Assembly (NCBI GenBank): GCA_030167865.1
Contig: JALAGF010002695.1
Span: 1-64,000 of the forward strand
Reading direction: 5' to 3'
Length of the DNA stretch: 64,000 bases
Origin: Craspedostauros australis
Taxonomy: Eukaryota
Below are positions 32,867 through 43,165 of the stretch, one piece after another. The position numbers and the translations under genes are program-made. Position 1 is the first letter of the stretch. Each line of letters opens with the position of its first letter. Below the pieces are notes generated by a model. The model was not told where the DNA came from. It ran no database searches and saw nothing but the letters and a program-made list of their open reading frames with translations.

Positions 32867-35800
32867 ATGAAATTCACCGCCGCCGCCGTCGCCGTCTGTT
32901 TGGCAGCCTCTGCCAGTGCATTCACGTGAGTATGTCATGCTGACAATGATGGCTATGTTGAATGGTTCGCCATATCCCACCGTTCGGTGCTTGGTAATTG
33001 ACAACCAGCAATTCAGAACATCAAGATGGCATTGCCAAGCCAGCGCCAGTGTCAGTGCATTGAAAGATCTCAACAGGCCTTGCAATATAATGCATTGTGA
33101 TGTGATGTGATACGAGTCGAATACGCGGCATCGCCGTCCTTGATGGTGTCAGTTGCCATCTTCCTTGGTGATGATTCGATGGTGATGTGATGGAGCAGAT
33201 GAAATAGATCACGGATGATTGGTCGCAACGGAACCAAAAAAGACGATGATCAATCAAGTGTTGGATTCCATTTGCCAGCCATCATGGATGATGATGGCAT
33301 GATCTGTATTGCGGGACACCCAACGTCATGGCGCAGCACGACAAAGTATCGCAACATTTGTCTCTGATGTGTGGAAGAGAAGATTTGCTTGCAAGTGACG
33401 TAAGCCAACAAAGTGCAATACTGTGGTGAAATCTCTTTCTCATTCACATCATTTTCCTCCATCAAACTCTGCCGACGACACCACGCTCACCACCACCATG
33501 ACCAAATGAAACCAAAACAGTGCACCACTGTCACGAAATGCCAAGATCGCGACATCTTTCGACAATGCCATTCAGAAGCCTTTCGCCGCTGTTACCACCT
33601 CATCCCTCCTGTCCACAGTCGAGGCCAGCGCCAAAACCGAAGAATCGGCCGAGGTCATGCGACCACCCATCAACCTCCCATGGGAATCCATCACCGATCA
33701 GCTGAAGGAGAAGTTCGGATACAACGACGCTGACATCGCCGGGTACGACCAGCTGGACGACAACAAGGAGGAATTGATGAAGTTGTACAAGGCCATGCAG
33801 CTGGCACGTGGATTTGAGAATGCCTGCAACCAGCAGTACATGCAGGGCAAGATCCGCGGTTTCATGCATTTGGACAACGGGCAGGAGAGCATCCCAGGAC
33901 TTTTGGATTACGCCATCAAGACCGGCGATAAGAAGTTGTCGTACTACCGTGAGCACACCCACGCTCTTGCATCCGGAGTTGATCCTGGCGAGATCATGGC
34001 TGAGCTCTTCATGAAGGACACTGGATCCTGCCGCGGTGCCGGTGGTTCCATGCACATCTTCGATCGCGAGAATTACTTCCAGGGTGGTTGGGCGCTGGTG
34101 GCAGAGCAGCTGCCATACGCCTGCGGTGCAGCCAAGAGCATCCTTCTCGACCGTCACATGGGATTGAGCGACAACGACAGCTACAACAAGCAGGATGTCG
34201 CCCCAGCCGCCGATGACGACCGCATCGCCGTCGTCTTCGTCGGCGAGGGTGGTGCGCAGAACGGACGTACCGCCGAGCTGCTCAATGCCGCCGCCAAGGA
34301 CAACCTCCCCCTCCTTCTCATCGTCATTGACAACGGCCGTGCCATCAACACCTTCACCCCAGACGTTGCGCACAACAGCAAGGTCTACGAGCAGGGCAAG
34401 CACTACGGCGTGCCAGGACTTCTGGTCGACGGCAACAACGCTGTCGACGTTGCCAAGGGTGGCAAGGCAGTCATCGACTACATCCGCGAAGGCAAGGGAC
34501 CAGCCGTCCTTCAGGTCCACACCTACCGTTTCAACGGTCACTCCCCAGCCGACCCAGAGCACGAACGTGGCCGCAAGGAGGAGAAGGCATGGGCACGACA
34601 GGAGCAGGACCCCATCAAGGCATTCGAGAATGCCTACATCGAGAAGGGGACCTTTACCGAGGACGAGCTCAAGGACGCCCGCAAGGCGGTCCTGGCCGAT
34701 GTCAAGGCCAGCGTCAAGTTCGCCGACGAATCCCCAATGCCAGCCGTCGACCTCGCGAAGGAGTTGGAATTCCCAGACGCCGTCGACACGGACTACAACG
34801 ACCGTGCCGGACCGGCCTACGCCGATGAGGTCAACGCCCGCACCATCAGCGAGGATCAGATGAGCACCATCCAGGAGCACGTTGCCAGCCTCCAGGAGAA
34901 GGCCAGGAACAGCGAGATCTCCATCGGCGACGCCATCAACCTCGCCATCCACGAGGAGATGCTGCGCGACCCAACCACTACCATCCACGCTGAGGATTTG
35001 CAGGCGGGATCGTCCTACGACATCCCCAAGCTCACCCAGCAAACCTACGGCAAGATGCGTGCCGCAGACGAGATCATCGACGAGGGCCACTTCGTTGGCA
35101 AGGCCCTCGGAGAGGCCCTGAATGGATACCGCCCAATCGTGGAGCTCATGAACACCAACTTCGGTATCTTCGGTATGGCCGAGATCAGTTCCGCCGGAAA
35201 CACCTACGCGACGACCGGAGGCAAGTTTGACATGCCACTCACCATTATCGGTGCTGGTGGAACCGCCCCCAACCAGGCTCTCGGTGCCGAGCACAGTCAG
35301 CCATTCCATGCCTACGTCATGGGTATTCCAGGATTGAAGATTGGAACCGCCGCCTCTCCAGAGGCTGCCTACGGTCTCACCAAGGCCATGATCCGTGACA
35401 ACGGACCATGCTTCCTCTTCGCACCTGTCAAGATGATGAAGGAGGCCAAGGGCCCCGTCGCCCTCGGCGAGTGCCTCCCCCTCAACAAGGCCGAGCTCTT
35501 GCACAAGGCATCCGAGGATTCGGTAAAGGCCGGCAAGGCCGCCACTGTCCTCACCTACCTCCACGGTGTCAAGGAGTGCCAGACGGCCGTCGAATCCATC
35601 CAGGAGGAAGGTTTCGACATCGACCTCATTGAGCTCCGCTCCCTCAAGCCGCTCGACATGGACACCATCAAACAAAGCCTGTCCCGCACCAACAAGCTGA
35701 TCATCCTCGACGAATCCACCAAGAGCGGCGGTGTCGGTGCCACCATCAGCGCGCGCGTGTCCGAAGAGCTCTTTGACTTGCTGGATTCCCCCGTGAAGCG

Positions 35801-35915
35801 ACTATGCATGGATGACGCCCCAGTTCCGTACGCATCGAGCATGGAGAAGGCAGTCGTGAAGCGCGGCAGCGATGTCATCGAAGGTGTCTTTGATATCTGC
35901 ACTGGCAAGTGGTAA
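32867..35915 (+). CDS. Plastid pyruvate dehydrogenase E1 alpha-beta fusion protein; exons 32867-32925 and 33521-35915
   Basis: Signal peptide MKFTAAAVAVCLAASASA-FTAP. Alpha motifs GKIRGFMHLDNGQE, YYREH, GGSMH and TYRFNGHSPADP. Beta motifs RPIVELM, LGAEHSQ, IPGLKI, LRSLKPLD and LDSPVKR. All in one frame. Confidence 0.95.
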
Positions 35916-36540
35916 ACCGCCAGAATAGAGTACTCGTGGGTCGGTGAACAGACGGTATGCGCGCCATCAACGAAAGCAAACCATGCCGAACCAACGAATC
36001 AATCTTCCACACCAAAATGTATGAATCAATCCATCCAGCCATCCTCCATCTGCGAATCATTGCGTCAATGAGGATCGAGATGGCAAGGGGAATAAATAGT
36101 AATAACAGGACGTTTCCAAACATGGCAGTGCCCGTACAAGCGTGCACCAATGACCAACAGGGACTGCGATGTGAGGGTGGTCCTTCCGTCATAGTTTGGT
36201 AATTGGGATAAGCTGTAATTTACATATTTACTTCAATTACGCTCCTTCAATACATGTAAATACTGAAAAAACATATTATTTAGCTCAACTCCATGTCAAC
36301 AAAGATCCATCGCTGTTGTTGGATTGCATCATCAGAACAAAGATCTCAAAACCCACAAATACGGACAAGCAGCGCAGACAGCACAGAGCATCCACAGTCA
36401 TCGGCAATCATCGCTTCACGGATCGGCAATCAGGACAGTTGGTCTTCAAACAGAAAGATCCAAGACAACTCTACCACCACTTCATCCATCTTTGAGGCTG
36501 CCGAACAGTCCGCAACCTGCAAGCAACAAGCGCTGCCACA

Positions 36541-37701
36541 ATGATGAAGATCACAGCATTTGGTGCGGCTCGTAGTTTGACACGACTGGCACTAATATGT
36601 GCAGTCACTCTGCTTCCGACCACCAACGCCTTCGCGGCAGTGCCAAATGCTGTAATTCCTTCGTCGCCGCAGGTGCTGGAATTCGTGGAACCCACGACGA
36701 ACGCGACGGTGGTGCTGGTCGGATCGATGCATTACAATCCAGTCTCCATCGAACTGGCACGCGAGACGATCGAAGGCTACGGCCAGCAGGGCAGGTTGGG
36801 TTCGGTCGTCATTGAGAGCTGCGACCTTCGATGGAACAAGTCCAGGGAGCTGTACGCCGGCAAGAAACAGCTGGAGGGGCTGCTGAAGAATGAAATGAAG
36901 ACTGCGTCGGATGCGGCCATGACGTTAGATCGTCCCGTGGTGCTGGGCGACCAACGGATCAACGTCACGGTGGATGCATTGAAGTCAGTCTTCAAAACGT
37001 CCATCAAGGATCTGGTCCACGTCCCATCCGGATGGAAACGGTATGCCGACGAGATTGCCTCGGCGTGGGAAGACACACTCCCGCTGGGCGGCAAAGGATA
37101 TTTGGATGCTTCCGCCTTCTTCGATCCAAGGCTCCTTTTGTCGTTTCCCATCTCCCTCTTCAAATATCCTCTTTCGTACTTGGTGCGAGATCCTGTCCCC
37201 ACAAGTCTGGTCCTTGCAGGATTGGTACTCCTCACCAACCTGGACGATCTTTCCGCAATTAGCGCAGGTGCAGCGACGCTGGAGGCAACGCCACCGCCGC
37301 CAGCAATCGACGAATTGTTGCTGTCGTTTCTCATCGCCGTATTGGAAACCGTCGTCTTCGCACGAGTGTTGCTCAAGCCGTTGCTTGCTGATCGCAACGA
37401 GGTTCTCGCGCAAAGCATCCTGGAGCAATGTCAGTTGTGCACTCAGTATGGAGGGAAGACGTCGGCCGGCGGTCTTTTGGGCGTGCTCAAAAGCAGCATC
37501 TTTCAGAGAAGCAAGAGCGATGATGGTGATGACCCTGTGGCGACACAGCTGAGCAGCGCCATGTATGTGCCCGGTTCTGCGACATGGGAGACAGCGCGAG
37601 GAGGACAAGTCAACGGAGAGCAACCGAAGGTGGTCGTTGCGGTATTGGGCATGGCGCATTGCAACGGGATCAAGAAGATCCTCGAGTCGAAATCAGCTTG
37701 A
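36541..37701 (+). CDS. TraB/GumN-like family protein with bipartite plastid-type N-terminus
   Basis: VVLVGSMHY, VVIESC..RW, EM..A, VVLGDQ, LLADRNEVLA and VVAVLGMAHCNGI match the TraB pattern. The signal peptide ends in TNA-FAA. Confidence 0.78.
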   Translation: MMKITAFGAARSLTRLALICAVTLLPTTNAFAAVPNAVIPSSPQVLEFVEPTTNATVVLVGSMHYNPVSIELARETIEGYGQQGRLGSVVIESCDLRWNKSRELYAGKKQLEGLLKNEMKTASDAAMTLDRPVVLGDQRINVTVDALKSVFKTSIKDLVHVPSGWKRYADEIASAWEDTLPLGGKGYLDASAFFDPRLLLSFPISLFKYPLSYLVRDPVPTSLVLAGLVLLTNLDDLSAISAGAATLEATPPPPAIDELLLSFLIAVLETVVFARVLLKPLLADRNEVLAQSILEQCQLCTQYGGKTSAGGLLGVLKSSIFQRSKSDDGDDPVATQLSSAMYVPGSATWETARGGQVNGEQPKVVVAVLGMAHCNGIKKILESKSA

Positions 37702-38129
37702 CTGTGTACTGGCAGTGTCACACAAAGTGAAGCAGCGCGAGTCTGTGCTGCGAGCACATGGGCAGAGCGTTACACTTCTAGTTGAAGAACAGGAGTGCAA
37801 ATGCTCTGGAGCGTATCGCTCCATTTAGTTTGCTCGACGACCATTGCAACCGGGCGTAGGGTACATTCCGTCCAGCATTTCCAATAACATCATCTCGAAT
37901 GCAGAGTCAACACGGTGGCCATTGAAGCCGATCATGGTACCATACTCTCCAGCTACGAGCAGTATCAAAGCTAATGATGACGCAATAACATTCCATAATA
38001 CCATTCTCTACGCTCCGTCAGAAGACAAGCGTGCGCACCATGATGTTTGCGGAGCTCACACGGAGCTCGGAACAAACATCCCCAAGCTGTGTCCCGTACC
38101 ATGCGGCAAGGCACTCGACGATCTCCGTG

Positions 38130-38130
<1 letters not shown>

Positions 38131-38162
<32 letters not shown>

Positions 38163-39005
38163 GCCGTATCAGCAGGTGTTTCGTTAGGTGGTGCCTCCCA
38201 AGCCGGTGTCAGAATTCCAGGAATCTGCAGTGCCGAGCGGCGCCTGCGCAATGAAGATGGGTCTTGGCTCTTGAGACCATGGAGAGTTCGCATGTGTGGC
38301 CTCCAATTGGCCCATCCGGCTCGACAAAAGCGATGATGGCTTTGGTGGCAAGTGCTGTTCGGAACGGAAACTTGTATTCTGAATTCGTGTCGCAGATATG
38401 CCGACTTGCGCGTGTGTCGTCCATTTTCTTCGCTCATTTAGCGCCATCGTGGCCATCCAACACTCAACGATGCGCACGCATGGCAGTGAACGCTGGTTCT
38501 CCATGTGTCTCATGCGCGCCCGCCGCTCGATGTCTTGCTTTATTTAAGGCACTGGCCGTTGGGCGACATGCCAACTTCCATTTCTCCGCACAAAATGAAC
38601 GAAACGATTTCACAACAGGGCAGAATTTGGTGTCAACTGTCTCCGAAGAACGGGTTGATCATCATCATCATCATCATCATCGTTGCCATCACGATGTGTT
38701 GGGACGTTGGACTCGATGAATGGTAACATGGAATGAGAGAACTGCTCTCCGTTCTTCTTTTGCTTGGAAACGAGCAGGGTATTGCCACCAACAGGAACAA
38801 CACCAGCAGCAGTTTAGTCTTGCTACCGCTTTTGGCACGACGGCAGCAGCAGCAGCAGCAGCAACAGCAACAACAAGAACAGCGCTCTCACTGCATGTCT
38901 TGTGCAACCACCGCACGCATACACTCTACTCCACAGCTCCACTCTATTTCAAACGTAAGGGCGACAACCAAACCAAACCAAACCAAACCAAACCAAACCA
39001 AACCA
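38131..39005. repeat. Intergenic microsatellite cluster: (CTG)10 at 38131-38160, (ATC)n near 38660-38680, (CAG/CAA)n near 38843-38875, (AACCA)8 at 38966-39005
   Basis: Directly visible. Confidence 0.9.
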
Positions 39006-39195
39006 GATCAATCCAGCAACCCATCTCAACATCAACAATCTCATTGCTGCCTCGCATCATTCCTCGCTTCACAAACGCATGAGCTGAAGACAGGCACGGC
39101 GGCAAGAGATATTCGAAGCACGAACGCCTCCACTTGACACGCACCGCTTCAGACTGAATGGTATCATTCCGGCATTTGCCAATCTGTCGTTGACC

Positions 39196-40509
39196 ATGTT
39201 GCCAGAAACACCGGCTGATGTCCCGGTCTCGATCATCCTGAGCACAGAGTCCGACTGTGACAACCAATCCACGATCTCCAGCGATCTCAAGGGCAGGACA
39301 GATTCGATCATCAGATGCGCAAGACCGCGGGAGGCCGGAGCAAACAAGAGCCCATCGCTGAGATTGATCTCCGACAGCCATTCCGAAAGTTGTATCATCG
39401 GGTATTCGAACACCGACAGCCGCGAGGACATCTTTGACGACGAGTTCATCTTCGAAAGCAGGGATCGCAGTGGGGGAGGGAGCAGGACTTTGTCGCCGTC
39501 GCCCTCTTCTTCCTCGAAGACGTCGAATGCGTCCAGCAGTGATAAACACAGTGGCAACGGCAGTGGTACCAACAGGAAAGGCTTCAGATTGTTCCCTTAC
39601 CGCCTTTCCAACGTCAACAGCAGCAGCAGCAGTACCAGCAGCAGTACCAGCAGCAAAAACTCCTTCCACAATCGAATGATTGAGGCCAAGCGGATTCACA
39701 AGGAACGGTACCTCGCGAACAAGCAGGCGGCGAGAACAGGCCGGCCGATTCCCGCGGTCCGAACGAAGAGCAACGCCACGAACGCATCGAGCACGAGCAC
39801 CAGGCGATCAACGGAGACCAACAAGAACACTCACAGCAACAGCAAACGGCCCAAGAGCAGTGGACTCATGTTCCGCCCGCCGCTGTACCCAACTCTTCGA
39901 CGTGGGCGCAAACAGCAACAGCCGAAATCGCAAAAGTCGGAATCAATCGCAGTCATCCCCTCCACCGAACGTGACGACACGGCAACCACTGACTCCAACA
40001 ACAGCGACAATGACACGATCCGAGACCCGACTCCCGATCTTGACCATCTGCCCACCAAAATCCTCTTCGATGCCTACATGAAGGAACGCAAGGTTGACTT
40101 GCAGCAGCATGAAGACAACGAAACGGTCGGTACGTCCGTCTCGGAAGTCTTCAGTATGAACTCAAGATTGAACGGTTCCTCCACCGCCTCTACGACTCGA
40201 TGGAGGGAAGATGCCTTCTGCGGTGTTTCCATGCTGTGGGGCACGTTCTTTGGCGATAACACATGCTGCCACATCACGCAATACACCCCGCGCAGTGCAG
40301 ATTCGCGATTGCCCATGCCCACCAACAAGGCTTTGACATCCGTGTTGGAGGACTATGGGTCCAGCACCATTTCCTACAAGGTAAACGATCGCGTTGGCAC
40401 AGGTACGTATGGTGGCAACGATGACGGTCGCGATCAAACCCACGATGGCGATGAAATCGTCCCAGAAGATGAAGACATCAACGAAGCCGGAAGCAAGGGA
40501 TCCTTCTGA
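39196..40509 (+). CDS. Hypothetical Ser/Thr-rich disordered protein
   Basis: About 437-aa open frame; no recognisable domain. Confidence 0.65.
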   Translation: MLPETPADVPVSIILSTESDCDNQSTISSDLKGRTDSIIRCARPREAGANKSPSLRLISDSHSESCIIGYSNTDSREDIFDDEFIFESRDRSGGGSRTLSPSPSSSSKTSNASSSDKHSGNGSGTNRKGFRLFPYRLSNVNSSSSSTSSSTSSKNSFHNRMIEAKRIHKERYLANKQAARTGRPIPAVRTKSNATNASSTSTRRSTETNKNTHSNSKRPKSSGLMFRPPLYPTLRRGRKQQQPKSQKSESIAVIPSTERDDTATTDSNNSDNDTIRDPTPDLDHLPTKILFDAYMKERKVDLQQHEDNETVGTSVSEVFSMNSRLNGSSTASTTRWREDAFCGVSMLWGTFFGDNTCCHITQYTPRSADSRLPMPTNKALTSVLEDYGSSTISYKVNDRVGTGTYGGNDDGRDQTHDGDEIVPEDEDINEAGSKGSF

Positions 40510-40904
40510 GTCGTCGATCGGATCAGCGCTCAAGGATCCTTTTGGGTCTCCAGCAAAACCGTGTCCCGTCCAAACTATACGATGTACACAATTCGCGCGC
40601 ACAGTTGGAATTCAACTCACCATGCCAGCAACTCATCTGTTCAGAGGATGACCCTCGCAGCAGTTTTGAACGCGTCGCATGCGCAAGTTAGAAGGCAAAA
40701 CCAAAAATAGAGAGTGAATAATTGAGGGAGAGACCGATCTGTCGTCCGTCTCGCCCAAGATATGACCTCATCAAACATTCCAATATCTACTAGCAGCATT
40801 CCAACAATTACCCTGACTTCCATGTCCTGATTTGCATTCCATCTCCCAAATCCTACTGTCCGCAGCATCAATATCGAGTAGAGCCGACAGTACTCGACGT
40901 ACTG

Positions 40905-42626
40905 CTACACGTACATCCACAGTTCCATGTGATTGGAAAGGAGGAAATATATTGCATCGCATTCCCGACCAGAAGTGCATGCCGGTTTGCCAGCTGTCCG
41001 TGCTAATCGGGATATGCGCGACAGCAAGTAGGGCCAAAGCTTGATCGGAAGAGTATGTGACGCAATGTACTTGCGCCCACATCGATTGAGCCACAGCCAA
41101 TGTCGTATCCGCCCAATGCAGCTGCTATTGTTCTGTTCATCTTCGTTGGCATCGATGCTTTTGTTGTTGTTGTTGTTGTTGTTGCCGTGGCTATCATCGT
41201 CGTCATCGCCGATGCAACAGTAGGTATCCACCCACTGTAACGTCGTGTTGTGTCGCAATGCCGTTTCAAAGATCGATTCAAAGTTCGCTGCATCGAAATG
41301 GTTATCTTTCCAATGCAGTTCCTGCAACGCTGTCGATGACACCACGAACGGCACCAGCTGCTGCGCATCGTTCTCGGTGATGTCACAATTTTGAATGTTC
41401 AGGGTTTGCAAGCGCGACAGGAAGGAACCGTCGATGTTTTCCAGGTAACTCTCCTTCAAACTGAGGGATTTCAGGGACATGGTGGGTGCGACTTGTAGCA
41501 GCATGGAAAGGTCCAAGACCCCGGGATTTTGTTGCCCGATGTCCAAGGATCGCATCGTGGAGGACAGCTCCAACAATCGGACGATGGCCGTCAGGTCTTC
41601 CATGTAGTTTTGGGACAAGACCAGATGCTCGATCGTGGGATGATCGTCTTCCTGCTGTGCTGTCCGTGGATCGGATTGTCGCTGGCCTAACTGTTGCCGT
41701 TGCTGGGATCGGTCGTCGGTCTGACGACAGAGGCCGTAGACGATGAGGTCGTGTATTTCCTCATCTTCGAGACGGCAGTTGTCCAATTTGAGAGTGCGCA
41801 GCGTGTAGTTGTTCGCAAGCTGATGGATGAGATCATCGATCGCGTCGGACGCAATGTCGCACTGGCTGAGATCGAGGGTCGCCAACGACGGTGCTTGCAA
41901 TGAGTTGATGCCTGCGAACAGCATCTCGACGGTTTCTTGCGACACGTCGATGCGCAGGCATAGCTCCTCCAGATTGCCAGAGGCATTGTTCGGATGCAGC
42001 CCGTTGGACAAGGCGAAGAGGCTGGCATGATCCATCTGCTTGGCACCGATGACGATTTTGCGACAATGGCGCAATGCAGCCTCCAACACGAGATAGATGT
42101 AGTCGCCCTTGCAGTGTACAAACTCAAGGTCGTCGGTGAATAGATGCATGTGCGCGACGATCTCGGTCGCGACATGAAAGTCCATCATGATGCGATGCAA
42201 CGTCAATGAGATGGGTGGGAATGGTTGCTGTAATGGCGATGGTGGCGATTGTGATTGCGATGGTGGCGATGAGAATGATGGCACCTCTTGCGAGTTCGAT
42301 GTCGAAGAGGAAGCATTTGTGCGTTCGCACGTACAACTCACGGTATGCTCGTGAAGGTAGTTTTCGTACAACCTCTGTTTGGCACGCAACAGATGCACCA
42401 CTGTGATGATGGACATCCCAGAATGCAAGGCCAGAACTGTGTCGTCCTCATCGATCTGCAGATGGTACCATGACAACTCCCACAGCTCCTTTTGTTGGCC
42501 CTCTTCATTTGATGCTTGCTCTGCATTCTCCACATCGTTCGGATCATCCAGGAAATCACGGGAGATGATCTGGAGATCCTCTTCGATGTGAAGATTCCCC
42601 GATTCATGCAACAATTGTTCCATCAT
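40905..42626 (-). CDS. RNI-like leucine-rich repeat protein
   Basis: Repeats LATLDLSQCDI, LRTLKLDNCRL, IEHLVLSQNYM, MRSLDIGQQ and LQTLNIQNCDI. The C-terminal cap LNRCGR...LWPYLL...DAIYFLL is common in diatom LRR proteins. Confidence 0.88.
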   Translation of the reverse strand: MMEQLLHESGNLHIEEDLQIISRDFLDDPNDVENAEQASNEEGQQKELWELSWYHLQIDEDDTVLALHSGMSIITVVHLLRAKQRLYENYLHEHTVSCTCERTNASSSTSNSQEVPSFSSPPSQSQSPPSPLQQPFPPISLTLHRIMMDFHVATEIVAHMHLFTDDLEFVHCKGDYIYLVLEAALRHCRKIVIGAKQMDHASLFALSNGLHPNNASGNLEELCLRIDVSQETVEMLFAGINSLQAPSLATLDLSQCDIASDAIDDLIHQLANNYTLRTLKLDNCRLEDEEIHDLIVYGLCRQTDDRSQQRQQLGQRQSDPRTAQQEDDHPTIEHLVLSQNYMEDLTAIVRLLELSSTMRSLDIGQQNPGVLDLSMLLQVAPTMSLKSLSLKESYLENIDGSFLSRLQTLNIQNCDITENDAQQLVPFVVSSTALQELHWKDNHFDAANFESIFETALRHNTTLQWVDTYCCIGDDDDDSHGNNNNNNNKSIDANEDEQNNSSCIGRIRHWLWLNRCGRKYIASHTLPIKLWPYLLSRISRLARTAGKPACTSGRECDAIYFLLSNHMELWMYV

Positions 42627-43165
42627 ATCGTTGTTCGTCTCGCACGCAACAGATCATGCGCAGACATGGGCATCACCGTGGCAGCATGGGCATGTATTTG
42701 TCGCAGGGGATGGTATTCCGAAGCTACACGAATTGGTGGAGTATGGCAGATCCGTACGCGCCGCACTGTCATGCTTCTCCATTTCTGTTCTTTTCTGCTT
42801 TGGCGAGATGTGAAAGTTGCGACGAAATAGTATTAAAACTAACATTCGAACTCAAGTCTTGCCGTCAACGGATTCCCACCAACCAGCCACAAAAGCACGA
42901 TGACACAATCAACGATACTGCCCAGCACAACCGTGGCCGTATCATTCACAATCCGCAACACTGTTCTGCTATCAAAGGCGTCCACAAACACCAACCCAAC
43001 CATAGTTGATGGACGCATCGATGCAGTTGATGCAGTTGACGTGTTGAGCTATTGCCTGGTATAGCAATACACACATATCATAATAGAATAGAGTTATATA
43101 ATATCATATATTGATCAAAACTTCACCCCGACCCCGCAGTCTGCGTCTTTGGATCGCCGCTCGCG

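Noticed and set aside
33280..33370. Possible intronic C/D snoRNA (ATGATGA...CTGA) in the PDH intron
   Set aside because: The intron is rich in (GAT)n-like sequence, so such boxes arise by chance; I could not identify an rRNA-complementary guide.
33600..35675. 691-aa ORF antisense to the PDH E1 gene
   Set aside because: Shadow ORF expected from strong codon bias on the sense strand; no recognisable motifs.
37844..39137. Short ORFs with poly-Ala, poly-Cys, poly-His and poly-Gln tracts
   Set aside because: Produced by intergenic microsatellites; no homology or gene structure is evident.
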